Positions 17,331 to 27,148 of a stretch of DNA of 64,000 bases are shown here, piece after piece. Every line of letters begins with the position of its first letter. The first letter of the stretch is position 1. The stretch covers positions 354,981 to 418,980 of the forward strand of contig OY970314.1 in assembly GCA_963716475.1 (NCBI GenBank). Direction: 5' to 3'. The stretch comes from Candidatus Woesebacteria bacterium. Lineage in GTDB: Bacteria > Patescibacteriota > Microgenomatia > UBA8517. The notes under the pieces were generated by a model. That model was not told the DNA's origin. It saw only the letters and a list, made by a program, of their open reading frames with translations, and searched no databases. The position numbers and the translations under genes are program-made.

Positions 17331-19025
17331 GTGAAGTATATTATTGTTTCCGGTGGTGTTTTAAGCGGCCTTGGTAAAGGCATTACCGCCGCCTCTATCG
17401 GTCTTCTTCTTAGGTCACGCGGCGTTAAAGTTACACTGATGAAGTGTGACATGTACTTGAATATAGACGCGGGTACCATGAACCCGATGGAACACGGCGA
17501 GGTTTTCGTTACACATGACGGACTTGAAACAGACCAGGATTTGGGACATTACGAACGGTTTACAAACCTGACATTAAACTCAAGCAATTATGTCACAAAC
17601 GGTAAGATTTATAAATTAGTTTTGGATAAAGAAAGAGCATTGGAATACGGCGGTAACTGCGTAGAACCTTATCATCAAATTCCTCCTGAGATAATCAAAT
17701 TATGGCTCCAGGCGGGACAAACCAATAAAGCAGATGTTGTCATCATTGAACTTGGAGGGACCGTTGGTGAATATGAGGGGCTTCTCTTTTTTGAGGCTTT
17801 CAGAAGATTAAAATTGGAACATCCAAAAGACGTGTGTCTTGTACACGTCGGGTATCTTCCTGCGCCTACGTCGATTGGAGAACTCAAGAGTAAACCGATT
17901 CAGCAATCTATTATTGCCCTTAACTCTCTTGGGGTCATGCCTGATTTCGTAATCGGACGGGCATCAAAAGACGTTGACAACAAACGAAAAGAAAAGATAG
18001 CAATGATGTCAGGACTTCCAATAGAAAATATTATCAGTAATCCTGATTTACCATCTGTTTACTTGGTACCCGACAAATTGGAGGCAGAAAAATTACCCTC
18101 CAAAATTATTAAAAGGCTTAGTTTGAAAGCCAAAAGACTTGATTTAAACAGATGGCATACATTGATTAAGTCTGTCGAAAAGGCGACTAATCCGGTAAAA
18201 ATAGGCATAGTCGGGAAATATCAAAATACCGGTGATTATATCCTGGAAGATTCTTATGTATCGGTGGTTGAGGCTTTAAAACATGCCGGCTATACATTAG
18301 GGGTAAAACCGGTAATTTCGTGGGTAAATTCTCAAGGTTTAGAAACCAAAAATAATAAGGAAATCACGGAAATATTAGAAAGATTTGACGGTATTATTGT
18401 TCCGCAGGGATGGGGCAAACGAGGTGTAGAGGGAAAGTTAATTGCCGTAAAATTTGCCCGGGAAAACAATATCCCCTACTTAGGTCTTTGTTTTGGTATG
18501 CAGATGGCATCAATAGAATTTGCAAGAAATGTTTTGAGATTAAGAAACGCCAATACCACAGAAGCAGATCCAGACACGAAATATCCTGTTATACATATCA
18601 TGACTGACCAGCAAAAGTATTTAAAAATGTGTCAATATGGTGGAACCATAAGGCTAGGTGCCTGGCCTTGCATCATTAAGAAAGGGACCATATTAGAAAA
18701 TTCATATAAGAAATTCGGAAACGTTAGTGGTGCCGCATGGAATATCGCACGTTGCGAGAATGATAAAATCACCGGTTCCAAACACATGATTATTTATGAA
18801 AGACACAGGCACAGATACGAGTTTAATAATAGATTTAAGGAAGCTTTCGAGAAACATGGTTTTGTTATATCCGGTACTTCACCAGACGGAAAGCTCGTTG
18901 AAGCGATTGAATTGAAAAACCATAAATTTTTTGTAGGAACGCAGTTCCACCCCGAATATATAAGCCGACCTCTGACTCCGCATCCGCTCTTTATTTCTTT
19001 TTTAACTACCTGTTTGTCTAAGTAA
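17331..19025 (+). CDS. pyrG: CTP synthase
   Basis: VKYIIVSGGVLSGLGKGITAASIG N-terminus and a C-terminal glutamine amidotransferase (GLCFGMQ, HPE). GTG start chosen because the ATG of the table ORF lies inside tRNA-Arg. Confidence 0.85.
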   Translation: MKYIIVSGGVLSGLGKGITAASIGLLLRSRGVKVTLMKCDMYLNIDAGTMNPMEHGEVFVTHDGLETDQDLGHYERFTNLTLNSSNYVTNGKIYKLVLDKERALEYGGNCVEPYHQIPPEIIKLWLQAGQTNKADVVIIELGGTVGEYEGLLFFEAFRRLKLEHPKDVCLVHVGYLPAPTSIGELKSKPIQQSIIALNSLGVMPDFVIGRASKDVDNKRKEKIAMMSGLPIENIISNPDLPSVYLVPDKLEAEKLPSKIIKRLSLKAKRLDLNRWHTLIKSVEKATNPVKIGIVGKYQNTGDYILEDSYVSVVEALKHAGYTLGVKPVISWVNSQGLETKNNKEITEILERFDGIIVPQGWGKRGVEGKLIAVKFARENNIPYLGLCFGMQMASIEFARNVLRLRNANTTEADPDTKYPVIHIMTDQQKYLKMCQYGGTIRLGAWPCIIKKGTILENSYKKFGNVSGAAWNIARCENDKITGSKHMIIYERHRHRYEFNNRFKEAFEKHGFVISGTSPDGKLVEAIELKNHKFFVGTQFHPEYISRPLTPHPLFISFLTTCLSK

Positions 19026-19054
19026 CCAATTTATCTGTATAATTGTGACTACGA

Positions 19055-19138
19055 GCCGAGGTGGCGAAATGGTATACGCAAGGGCCTTAAGAGCCCTCGA
19101 GTGCATAACTCATGCGGGTCCGAGTCCCGCCCTCGGCA
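19055..19138 (+). tRNA. tRNA-Leu(TAA); integration target (attL) of the downstream element
   Basis: GCCGAGGTGGCGAAATGG...AGGGCCTTAAGAGCCCT with a long variable arm then GCGGGTCCGAGTCCCGCCCTCGGCA. The 3' end is repeated at 35858..35886. Confidence 0.75.
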
Positions 19139-20723
19139 CAATACGGGATTCCTGATCGGCAAAGACCCGATTTTGCCATACATACGACATATTCTCAGGT
19201 CCGATCCATTTATTGTTTTCCATCACACTGTTTTGAGCTTCCTTGAAGTATAGAAACACGTTATTCGGTTTAATTTCAATCTTTTTGTCCTTTATTTTCA
19301 GGTCCGATCCGATTATTTTCAAAACCATCTCCCGAGTGTAAGCATCGCCAGTATCAAAAATTTTTAGTACATTCTTTGAGAAGTTTATCGCATTGTCGAG
19401 AACCTCTCCCCACATGGCAATCCTCTTGCTTGTTTGTTGTTCCTTGAGTACCTGCTCACGCATCAATAATTTCGACTTTTTGGCCTCATAGGTATCATTA
19501 TCAATAATTCCGTCTATTTTCATTCCATAGAGTTTTTCCTTTCTTTCGTCAATGTCATTAAGTTCTTTTGTGATTGATTCTCTTTGTTTTATTGAAAAGT
19601 TAAACTCCTCATTGTTCCGGCGTTTCAGGACTTTTCTGAAGTATTCGGCAAACTCGGGATTAAGTTGTAGTTGGGAAACATATTCTCTGATTTGTTTTTC
19701 AAGATCTGCTGCCCTCAGGTACTTCGAATCACAAGGACCCTTTTTCTTCGTACAGTGATAATGAGTAAATATATGAGAAGTTCCATTCTTATAATGTTTG
19801 GTTTTTCTCTCTCCTGTTATGGACGCGCCACAGGGACATTTGAAGATTCCCAAATAAGGGATTGGATCAACCAAAGAATTGGGAGATCCGGCGTTCTTTG
19901 AATCAAGAAGCTTTTGAACCCTTATAAACTCAGACATTGTTATCATTGGCTTATGTATTCCTGGGTAAGTTGTTCCAGAATAGACAAAGTTACCGGTATA
20001 GAAAATGTCCCGAAAAAATCTGAAAGCCACAGTCCTAGATATAGGATTGCCCTTCTTCCCGGTAAGTGCCATTGAGTTCATCTTTTTGAGTATCTGTGGG
20101 ATCGTATAGTGCCCTGTAAGCATCATCTCCCACGCTTTCCGACAAAGACTCCATACTCTTTCATCAGGAACAATATACCTTGCCCCCTTCGGGAATTGAG
20201 GAGTATTGGAATAACCCAAAGGTGCGTTACCGGGATATTCTCCTCGCTCTGCCTTTAATTGAAGTCTGGCTTTGATAATCTTGCTTAATTTGTTTGAATA
20301 CTCTTCATTGAAAAGACTTTCGACACCTGCTTTGAGAATGTTATTTGTATCATAGACGTCGGTCGGGGTTATGATTAGAAGTTTTCCTTGAGTGATAAGG
20401 TCCCGGCAAATACCGTTCTCTTCGCCATTTCTTCCGATCCTGTCCATATTCGAAGTGACAATCGTATCTACTTTGCCCTTCTTGACCAACTCGATCATCT
20501 TGAAAAACTCAACTCTAACATCAGCCTTCCAACCGGTTTTTGCTTCTATAAATGGAGGCGCGATTAGTTTGATTCCTCTGTCCTGAATGATTCTTTTGCA
20601 GATAGTAAGTTGATCCTGAAGCGATAATATCTGCTTATTTTTATCCTCTGAACTCTTCCTACAATAAATGACACCTTGCATATTACCTTCTTCCATAATT
20701 GTCCTTTCCAAGGGGGTTGTCAA
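19110..20723 (-). CDS. large serine recombinase (integrase)
   Basis: N-terminal resolvase domain with GVIYCRKSSEDKNKQ (catalytic Ser), a recombinase domain and the zinc ribbon CPCGASITG...HYHCTKKKGPCDSKY. Its 3' end overlaps the tRNA-Leu 3' end. Confidence 0.8.
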   Translation of the reverse strand: MTTPLERTIMEEGNMQGVIYCRKSSEDKNKQILSLQDQLTICKRIIQDRGIKLIAPPFIEAKTGWKADVRVEFFKMIELVKKGKVDTIVTSNMDRIGRNGEENGICRDLITQGKLLIITPTDVYDTNNILKAGVESLFNEEYSNKLSKIIKARLQLKAERGEYPGNAPLGYSNTPQFPKGARYIVPDERVWSLCRKAWEMMLTGHYTIPQILKKMNSMALTGKKGNPISRTVAFRFFRDIFYTGNFVYSGTTYPGIHKPMITMSEFIRVQKLLDSKNAGSPNSLVDPIPYLGIFKCPCGASITGERKTKHYKNGTSHIFTHYHCTKKKGPCDSKYLRAADLEKQIREYVSQLQLNPEFAEYFRKVLKRRNNEEFNFSIKQRESITKELNDIDERKEKLYGMKIDGIIDNDTYEAKKSKLLMREQVLKEQQTSKRIAMWGEVLDNAINFSKNVLKIFDTGDAYTREMVLKIIGSDLKIKDKKIEIKPNNVFLYFKEAQNSVMENNKWIGPENMSYVWQNRVFADQESRIVPRAGLGPA

Positions 20724-20892
20724 TAGACTGAGTATTTAGCTCGGACCTGTCGAGTGATTCAAGAAACATAATCATTCGGGATGCCTGATCCTCACATTCT
20801 TCAAGTGTCAAATCAAGGTTGTAACATTTCTTGCAAAGCGCCTGAAATTCAAGAACTTCTTCGTGGTTTAGGTAGCCTGTTAGATATCTCAT
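20683..20892 (-). CDS. small hypothetical protein immediately upstream of the recombinase (candidate directionality factor/regulator)
   Basis: 69-aa ORF with position-based inference only. Confidence 0.25.
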   Translation of the reverse strand: MRYLTGYLNHEEVLEFQALCKKCYNLDLTLEECEDQASRMIMFLESLDRSELNTQSIDNPLGKDNYGRR

Positions 20893-20899
20893 TTTTTTC

Positions 20900-22642
20900 T
20901 CAATTTGTATCGTTTAAAATTTCCTCAAATTCCTTGAAATAATCGGATACAAATTTGTCGTCTTTTTGTATTTCTGATTTTTCAATAAATAGGTTGTCTT
21001 TGAACCTGACAACTTTCTTGGTACGCATTTCTTCGAAATCTTTTTTGGAGGCTTGCTTTAAGATGAAATTGTGGCTGTCGATAAACTTTCCGATTTCCTC
21101 TACCCACTTATCTATTTTGGACGTTAAATCCACTTCGTAAACTTTGGATAATTTTTCAAATAAATCTCTAAAAATTAACAGTGTGGAATAGTATTTTTTA
21201 AGTTCTTCAGTGGTGTTTTTAATTAATTCGTTTAGGCTATTGTCTTCAAATTCTATAACCCTTTCTCCATTTACCTCAGTCTCTTTTACAAACTCCATGA
21301 GCTCAATGTAATTCTTGATTCTGGCTATGGTTATTTGGGAGAAATTAAGGGCAAGTGGTTTACCATCTTCGTCCAGATTGGTGATCAAAAGTTCCCGGTC
21401 CAAATGTACCCCTTTTTGTTCCGGATCGTCATCTGCGTACAAAATTCCCAAGTTCGGATCGTAGCGGTCCACGTACTCATTGTGTTCCGCAATAAACTGA
21501 TAATTCCCTTTGAAGGCATAAAGACTATTTCCGGTGACAATATCTCCTTCCTTACTCATTTTTCCGGCAGAAATGAGGCTATCTAATGCGTTTTTGGATT
21601 TGGTTTTGGCCTTAATCCATTCCTTAAAGATAACATCTGAGGATGATTTGGTTACTCCGTTACAAGTTACAGTCTGTGTGGATTTAAATAGGGGCACATA
21701 TTCATCCAATAATCCGTTATCTAACCATTCCAGACAGACGGCTTTTAATTCCGAATCAACTGTTGTTTTGTGTTTGGCGGCATAATCATTAATGGCTTCC
21801 GCTATATTTTCAGCGGTATAGTCTAACAATGCTTCTTCAGGAGTCAGTTTCTTATCTTCCGATACCGCATCAAACGCTTTTTTAAACCTTTCCTCCTCCG
21901 GCAATGTATCCAGTTTGATCTTTCGTTTGTTAATCCACTTCTTAACAACTTCCTTTATGGGAATTGAAGCAAAATAATGCCAGAATTGATACTCCTTGGC
22001 GTATTGATTGTAGGATTTTTTAACAATCAGGTCTGCTAACTTGTTATTATCATCGGCTGTTAGTTTTTCCTTGCCGTCAAAGAGATTTGCAATTGCCTCT
22101 TCCTCGTCCAAATAATCAGTTTCATATTTAGCATCAGGGAAAAGAATTAATAAATCTTCTTGAAGCTCCTTACTTAAACTCTCAAAACCCAGTTGATATA
22201 CGGCGCGATTATAATCTAATCCTCCTTCTAATTTTACCTCCCGTTGTTTTTTGATTATCTCTAGAGCTTGATCAATCTTTACAAGCTTGATGTCATCCAA
22301 TCTTTCAACCCATCTTTTCAATTCCCTAAAAGCCGGGTAAATTAATAAAAAGTTGCTTATTTGTTTTTCCTGGAAAAAAGTAATTTGTGCATTTAGAAAT
22401 ATGGTCTGGGCATCGAGTTCAGCAAATCCGATTGTTCTCCAGCCTCTAATAAAAAGGTTATACTCTTTGACTTCGTAATTGTTCTTTGGTGTCCAACCTT
22501 CAGTTAAAGTATGTTCTTCTGCCTCGCTAAGTACAGCCTTACCAGTTTTTTGTTTCTCCATATAATTGTGAACAACAAGGAGAACTCTCTCTTTTGGAGT
22601 TAAGTTTTCTGAAATCCTAGCTAGATTTAAATCTTTTGACAT
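20900..22642 (-). CDS. hypothetical protein (580 aa), element cargo
   Basis: Long, acidic, Lys/Glu-rich ORF with no recognisable motif. Confidence 0.4.
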   Translation of the reverse strand: MSKDLNLARISENLTPKERVLLVVHNYMEKQKTGKAVLSEAEEHTLTEGWTPKNNYEVKEYNLFIRGWRTIGFAELDAQTIFLNAQITFFQEKQISNFLLIYPAFRELKRWVERLDDIKLVKIDQALEIIKKQREVKLEGGLDYNRAVYQLGFESLSKELQEDLLILFPDAKYETDYLDEEEAIANLFDGKEKLTADDNNKLADLIVKKSYNQYAKEYQFWHYFASIPIKEVVKKWINKRKIKLDTLPEEERFKKAFDAVSEDKKLTPEEALLDYTAENIAEAINDYAAKHKTTVDSELKAVCLEWLDNGLLDEYVPLFKSTQTVTCNGVTKSSSDVIFKEWIKAKTKSKNALDSLISAGKMSKEGDIVTGNSLYAFKGNYQFIAEHNEYVDRYDPNLGILYADDDPEQKGVHLDRELLITNLDEDGKPLALNFSQITIARIKNYIELMEFVKETEVNGERVIEFEDNSLNELIKNTTEELKKYYSTLLIFRDLFEKLSKVYEVDLTSKIDKWVEEIGKFIDSHNFILKQASKKDFEEMRTKKVVRFKDNLFIEKSEIQKDDKFVSDYFKEFEEILNDTN

Positions 22643-22643
22643 T

Positions 22644-23063
22644 TTAATGTTTTGAAATTGAGCGTTTGCGTTCCAAAAGAACGCTTTCTACCATCTCTAC
22701 CCGTTGGTTCAGATTGGAGGCTTCTAGGGCCTTTAGGATGTGGCTGGCGAGGTATCCTACGGTGTTAGCGATATTTGGGGGAATCTCACCGCTCCGGACG
22801 CCATTTATCGTGCTTTCAAGAAGGGTGGCCACTTCTGTCGGGTCTTTAATGCTTAGTGGTTCAAGATTCAGTTCAACCTTTTTACTGGCAAGGCCACCTC
22901 TGACAAGCGCCATATGTCTTTCGACTTCTACGTCTGGATTGTGGACAAAACAGTACACGCTCCCTTTCATGGATGCGGCACCGCATTGATCTCCGTTTTC
23001 TTTTATATAACTGCATTTTTTCTCTTCCATATAAGTTACGCTTATGGGGTGTACCCCCCTCAA
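22644..23063 (-). CDS. hypothetical Cys4 (zinc-finger-like) protein
   Basis: CSYIKENGDQCG...CFVHNP gives four Cys in the N-terminal 40 aa. Confidence 0.35.
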   Translation of the reverse strand: MRGVHPISVTYMEEKKCSYIKENGDQCGAASMKGSVYCFVHNPDVEVERHMALVRGGLASKKVELNLEPLSIKDPTEVATLLESTINGVRSGEIPPNIANTVGYLASHILKALEASNLNQRVEMVESVLLERKRSISKH

Positions 23064-23143
23064 ATTTGATATACTATTGTTTAGTTCTTTTTGCCTCCTA
23101 GTGGGTTCAGTTCCTAGTAGATTGACTAGGAGGCAATACAGAA

Positions 23144-23707
23144 CTACTCCTTTGTTATAAAAGGAGATTCCCCGTCAAAGATAAGATCCAGGTTGATCTG
23201 CTCTAAACGCTCATCAACCAGTTTTTGCATTTCCTTTGACAGCTTTACCTTTGGTTGGGGTAAAAGGGAATACTTAACGTCCATAGGGGAAGTCCCGTTT
23301 GTACGAGTGATCGTTACATCGTAGTCACGAAGATCTCCCCACGCTTCTGAATCCTCAAGACCTTTCATAAGCCTCTGCAATCCCGCTTGGGTCAACTCAA
23401 GGATCTGAACGTCTCCAAGTTCTTTATTTAAAACGACAAACATCCAAAAATGCTTTCCTCTGTTGCGCGGATCCGTTGCATTTCTTATCTCATCCGGAAG
23501 CTCATCGTATGTTCTAACACGAATTGGAGTTCTCTTTTTACCTTCTTCTTTCCAGTATTCAAAACCAACGATTGCGTTAGTAAGAACCCTGAAAGTGCTA
23601 TCGCCTTCATCAAACTTCATGTAGGCTGATCTGCTTTTTGGCATTTCATAGTCTTTGGGTAATATGCTCATATTTTTCTCACCTCCTTTCCGCTGTATAA
23701 AAAGCAA
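23144..23707 (-). CDS. hypothetical protein
   Basis: 187-aa ORF with no confident family. Confidence 0.35.
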   Translation of the reverse strand: MLFIQRKGGEKNMSILPKDYEMPKSRSAYMKFDEGDSTFRVLTNAIVGFEYWKEEGKKRTPIRVRTYDELPDEIRNATDPRNRGKHFWMFVVLNKELGDVQILELTQAGLQRLMKGLEDSEAWGDLRDYDVTITRTNGTSPMDVKYSLLPQPKVKLSKEMQKLVDERLEQINLDLIFDGESPFITKE

Positions 23708-24033
23708 TACTTATTAAATTGAACTGAACTTTCTAATTTGAGCTGGTCCTTAACGGTCCAGGGTTCCGAGACGCCGAAGAGTGCTTCAATGTTGTTGATT
23801 AGAGGAAATATTACTTCAGCCTTATAAAATTCATGTTTTGGTTTGGAGCTTCTGATATAGGGAAGTGTGTATTCACAAAAGCTTTTGAACGTCTTTGTTG
23901 AGATAATTTTGTCAAATTCAATATATATTTTTGTGACATTTTCATTCTTGATAACAATTGCGTCAGCGTTCCTGTGGCAATAAGAACTAAGTACCTCGTC
24001 GCAGTTTACAAATTTGGTTACTAGGTATTTCAT
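23668..24033 (-). CDS. hypothetical protein
   Basis: 121-aa ORF overlapping its neighbours by a few codons (operon-like). Confidence 0.3.
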   Translation of the reverse strand: MKYLVTKFVNCDEVLSSYCHRNADAIVIKNENVTKIYIEFDKIISTKTFKSFCEYTLPYIRSSKPKHEFYKAEVIFPLINNIEALFGVSEPWTVKDQLKLESSVQFNKYCFLYSGKEVRKI

Positions 24034-25730
24034 ACGGGTTCGACCTCACTTTCTACAGGAAACATATTTTGTGATGCCTCCACGCCTTTCTGTGGCTGAA
24101 TGGGAGCATCGGAAGCACGGGAAGCATCCTCCGAGTTGCCAGCATGGTCTGTGTTTGTATCTGGCAACTTGTCAGCTACCCGTTGATTTGCTCCCATTGC
24201 CTCCATGCTTCCATTCTGGGGCTGGTTTTTCATGGAGGCATTTTCATTTACGGAAGCATTTTTTGTTTTCTTGAGGGTGATCGTGTTATTGGTAATTTCC
24301 TCGCCGTGGGTTACAGATATGCCCATCGCCGCAAGATTGGTTTTAATAAGATTTATCTTTCTCCAAAGCCATGTTGCAGATTTAGGGAACCCGTAACTTC
24401 CTCCAACTTCGAGTTTGTCTGCTGTAGCAAGTTTGGATAGTTCGGTAAAAAGGTCTGAGCTTGCCCCTGACCAGTCGTTATGGATTGACATAAACTCCAG
24501 AATTGTTTGGGCGACAGGGGAAGCGTCAATTGCAGCCTTATTTTGTCTGGCAATATTCTTTTCAAAAGCCTGTAAAAATCCATCAACTTCATATCCCAAA
24601 GAAACAGCTGCTGCGGCAGCTACTCTAGCGTAATCAGCCATACGGGGTCTGGTAGGAAGTTTAATATCCTCCTTAATCTTTAGAACCTGAGAAGCTATGT
24701 CAAAGAGGGCTCCAAGGATCTGGGGTTTTTCTTTTTCAAAATCATTCCAGAATTTAGTTTCTTCTCTGCGGTTTGAGTCACTGATTCTTTCAAGAGTAAA
24801 GATCAAACTTCGGTCAAGCAAATCAGCCTTCTCGGCTACCAGGTTTATTCCGTTTAGTCCAACTGCCACCAATAACTCAAATATAATATCGGAATCATCT
24901 GAGAATAATTTCCGTTTTGAAAAACCTAAACCTGTCACAAACCCGGATAAAGAATCCGAGCCTTCAGTTGAGAGGTAACTTAAATTATCAAAATACAGAC
25001 AATAATGGTGACTTGCCATTTGTGTCAGTTCATCTATGGCAGACCTCATCTTCAGTAGGTCAACACGGGAAGGGTCAATTAGCTTTCTGATGACACGGAG
25101 AAGGGTTGATTTCGCGCTGCCTTGCTCTCCTGTCGCGATTATCATTGCCCGAGGGATATCGCAGAAGAGAATAGCCACAAGATAAGTCAAAAACAAAATC
25201 TTGTCCTCGGAGTTTTTGAGGTTAACATACTCGAGTATTTTGCTCAATGCACCGCCTTTTTCAGGAATAGACTGAACCTTTTGATGAGTAAATCGTCGAA
25301 ATAGCGGCGCTTTTGCTTTTACAACTTCCCAGCCTGAGGGAGTTATCTCAACAATGTTGACGTCATCTCCAATATCGTAGGAGATAGTTTCCTCAATTTT
25401 AGCTATGCGATTAAAGAGTGATATTTTTATGCCTTCGTGTTGAGATTTTCCTTCCAATGCAGCCATAGCCTGAGAAAAGATTTCACTGGAAAAACCTTCA
25501 TTAAAAGCTTCCCAATAAACTCCTGAAACCCATCGTCTGAATACCGCACCGGAAACGGAGTAACCAACCGCGGGCCTATCTGGTAACTGTACTTGGGGTT
25601 CGCCAAATTGATCCAAAAAGAACTTGCAACCTCTCTTTAGCACCAGTGTTATCAATATGTCGCCAACTTTCTGCTGTTTGACTAATTCATTAGCCGCTTT
25701 GTCGAGTACTTCTTTATTTTTAGCTTTCAT
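24030..25730 (-). CDS. P-loop NTPase of the phage/plasmid primase-helicase (D5/VirE/P4-alpha C-terminal) type
   Basis: Walker A IIATGEQGSAKSTLL and Walker B HHYCLYFDNL. Lies immediately downstream of a CHC2 primase zinc-finger gene. Confidence 0.55.
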   Translation of the reverse strand: MKAKNKEVLDKAANELVKQQKVGDILITLVLKRGCKFFLDQFGEPQVQLPDRPAVGYSVSGAVFRRWVSGVYWEAFNEGFSSEIFSQAMAALEGKSQHEGIKISLFNRIAKIEETISYDIGDDVNIVEITPSGWEVVKAKAPLFRRFTHQKVQSIPEKGGALSKILEYVNLKNSEDKILFLTYLVAILFCDIPRAMIIATGEQGSAKSTLLRVIRKLIDPSRVDLLKMRSAIDELTQMASHHYCLYFDNLSYLSTEGSDSLSGFVTGLGFSKRKLFSDDSDIIFELLVAVGLNGINLVAEKADLLDRSLIFTLERISDSNRREETKFWNDFEKEKPQILGALFDIASQVLKIKEDIKLPTRPRMADYARVAAAAAVSLGYEVDGFLQAFEKNIARQNKAAIDASPVAQTILEFMSIHNDWSGASSDLFTELSKLATADKLEVGGSYGFPKSATWLWRKINLIKTNLAAMGISVTHGEEITNNTITLKKTKNASVNENASMKNQPQNGSMEAMGANQRVADKLPDTNTDHAGNSEDASRASDAPIQPQKGVEASQNMFPVESEVEPV

Positions 25731-26338
25731 ATTTGTAATTTGCTAACAATCTCCATAAATCCCATTTCCGGGTTAGTCTTTTGCATAAAATCGATTGCAT
25801 TGTTGCCATGGGCGGCACAGCCAAAACAGTGCCATGAACCATTCGGATAAATGTAAAAAGAAGGATTACGTTCTTCGTGGAATGGGCAAGCTACACGAAA
25901 CTTGCAACCACACGGCCTTGCGTCAGGAATCAAATCTTGAGTCGGGTACTCCCTTGCTTTTTGGACCTTGGCGCTGGTAGTATATTTAACTCCTGGTTCA
26001 TAGCCGGAGAGCCGTAGCCAGTATTTTAACCACTTTTTAAAGTTTTCTTCATGTAGTTCGACTGAACATTCCAACACTTTTTTGTGAAAATCGCTGAGGG
26101 GTTTGGCAGTTTTTATTTCGGCAAAAAATTTTTCCCTATCTGCATACAGTTCTTTAATTTTGGCTACGGCAACATCTTCGACGCAACTCTTAAATTCTGG
26201 TTCAATAGGAATGTACCGCGGTGGATTTGTTACTTTCCTTTTGAATTTAAGTGGGAAAGCCGTGTGGTTTATAACGAGTTGAGGTTGGCTATCCATAAAT
26301 TTGTTCACTGAAACCCAATCGATTCGAGATGTTTTCAT
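25727..26338 (-). CDS. CHC2-type primase zinc-finger protein
   Basis: C-terminal CPFHEERNPSFYIYPNGSWHCFGCAAHGNNAIDFM matches the DnaG/primase CHC2 zinc finger. Confidence 0.6.
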   Translation of the reverse strand: MKTSRIDWVSVNKFMDSQPQLVINHTAFPLKFKRKVTNPPRYIPIEPEFKSCVEDVAVAKIKELYADREKFFAEIKTAKPLSDFHKKVLECSVELHEENFKKWLKYWLRLSGYEPGVKYTTSAKVQKAREYPTQDLIPDARPCGCKFRVACPFHEERNPSFYIYPNGSWHCFGCAAHGNNAIDFMQKTNPEMGFMEIVSKLQI

Positions 26339-26345
26339 AATTTCT

Positions 26346-26612
26346 TTATGTTTGTTGATACAATTTGTCCTTTAATTGTTTTATTGCCATCACAAATTTA
26401 CGAACATCAACCATAGACTCCGGTGAGTCCTCCGATGAATAATTGAAGTTTTGAAGTAATCGCTCACGTTCTGGAGTATCTAAAAAAACAAATTCGGAGC
26501 GTCTTGAATCAGTACGATCTATGTTGACAAGTTCCAACCCTTTGGTAAAAAGGAAAGCCGCAACATAAAAGTTGCTTGTTTTAAAATATCTGTCGTCACT
26601 TTTATCCTTCAT
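26346..26612 (-). CDS. hypothetical protein
   Basis: 88-aa ORF with no motif. Confidence 0.3.
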   Translation of the reverse strand: MKDKSDDRYFKTSNFYVAAFLFTKGLELVNIDRTDSRRSEFVFLDTPERERLLQNFNYSSEDSPESMVDVRKFVMAIKQLKDKLYQQT

Positions 26613-26943
26613 ATGCGATTAGTCCTAAAAATTCGATGGGTGTCGCGGATTCCAATAGATACTCGCCGTTTTCTTCTCGGAGGATCTCTGAAAAAGTCAG
26701 ATGATTTGTATCAAGAAACCTCTTCTTTCGATAGGCTGCTTTTATTAAATCTCTAATCTTGTTATTCAGAATATTGTTTACGAAAGTCGAGGCTGAAGCG
26801 TACATGGGATTAAACAGATTGCCCTTAAGCCAAAGGTGAATCCGAAGTTCCTGGGCAACATCTTCCCAGTCCATATTGGGAACCTGGGCCTTGATGGCCT
26901 TTGCTACGATAACATTCTCATATTTAGAAAAAATTATACTCAT
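26602..26943 (-). CDS. sigma-70 region-2-like protein (minimal ECF-like sigma factor; no region 4 detected)
   Basis: DWEDVAQELRIHLW...FNPMYASASTFVNNILNNKIRDLIKAAYRK resembles ECF sigma region 2. Confidence 0.4.
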   Translation of the reverse strand: MSIIFSKYENVIVAKAIKAQVPNMDWEDVAQELRIHLWLKGNLFNPMYASASTFVNNILNNKIRDLIKAAYRKKRFLDTNHLTFSEILREENGEYLLESATPIEFLGLIAYEG

Positions 26944-27148
26944 ATCTATTGAAGGACTCTTGGAGTGGTTGAGGCCAATAAAAAAGGGCTCTCAATCAAC
27001 CCCAATATGTCCATAATTCATATTGGAATCAATTGATAGCCCTTCTTATCGCTACCTGGGTTAGCCTTGTTAGCTAACTATGTAAATTATACCATAAAAC
27101 CTAAAAACTTTTCGGGTTTTTATCCCCTCTATAGTAATATACGACAAT

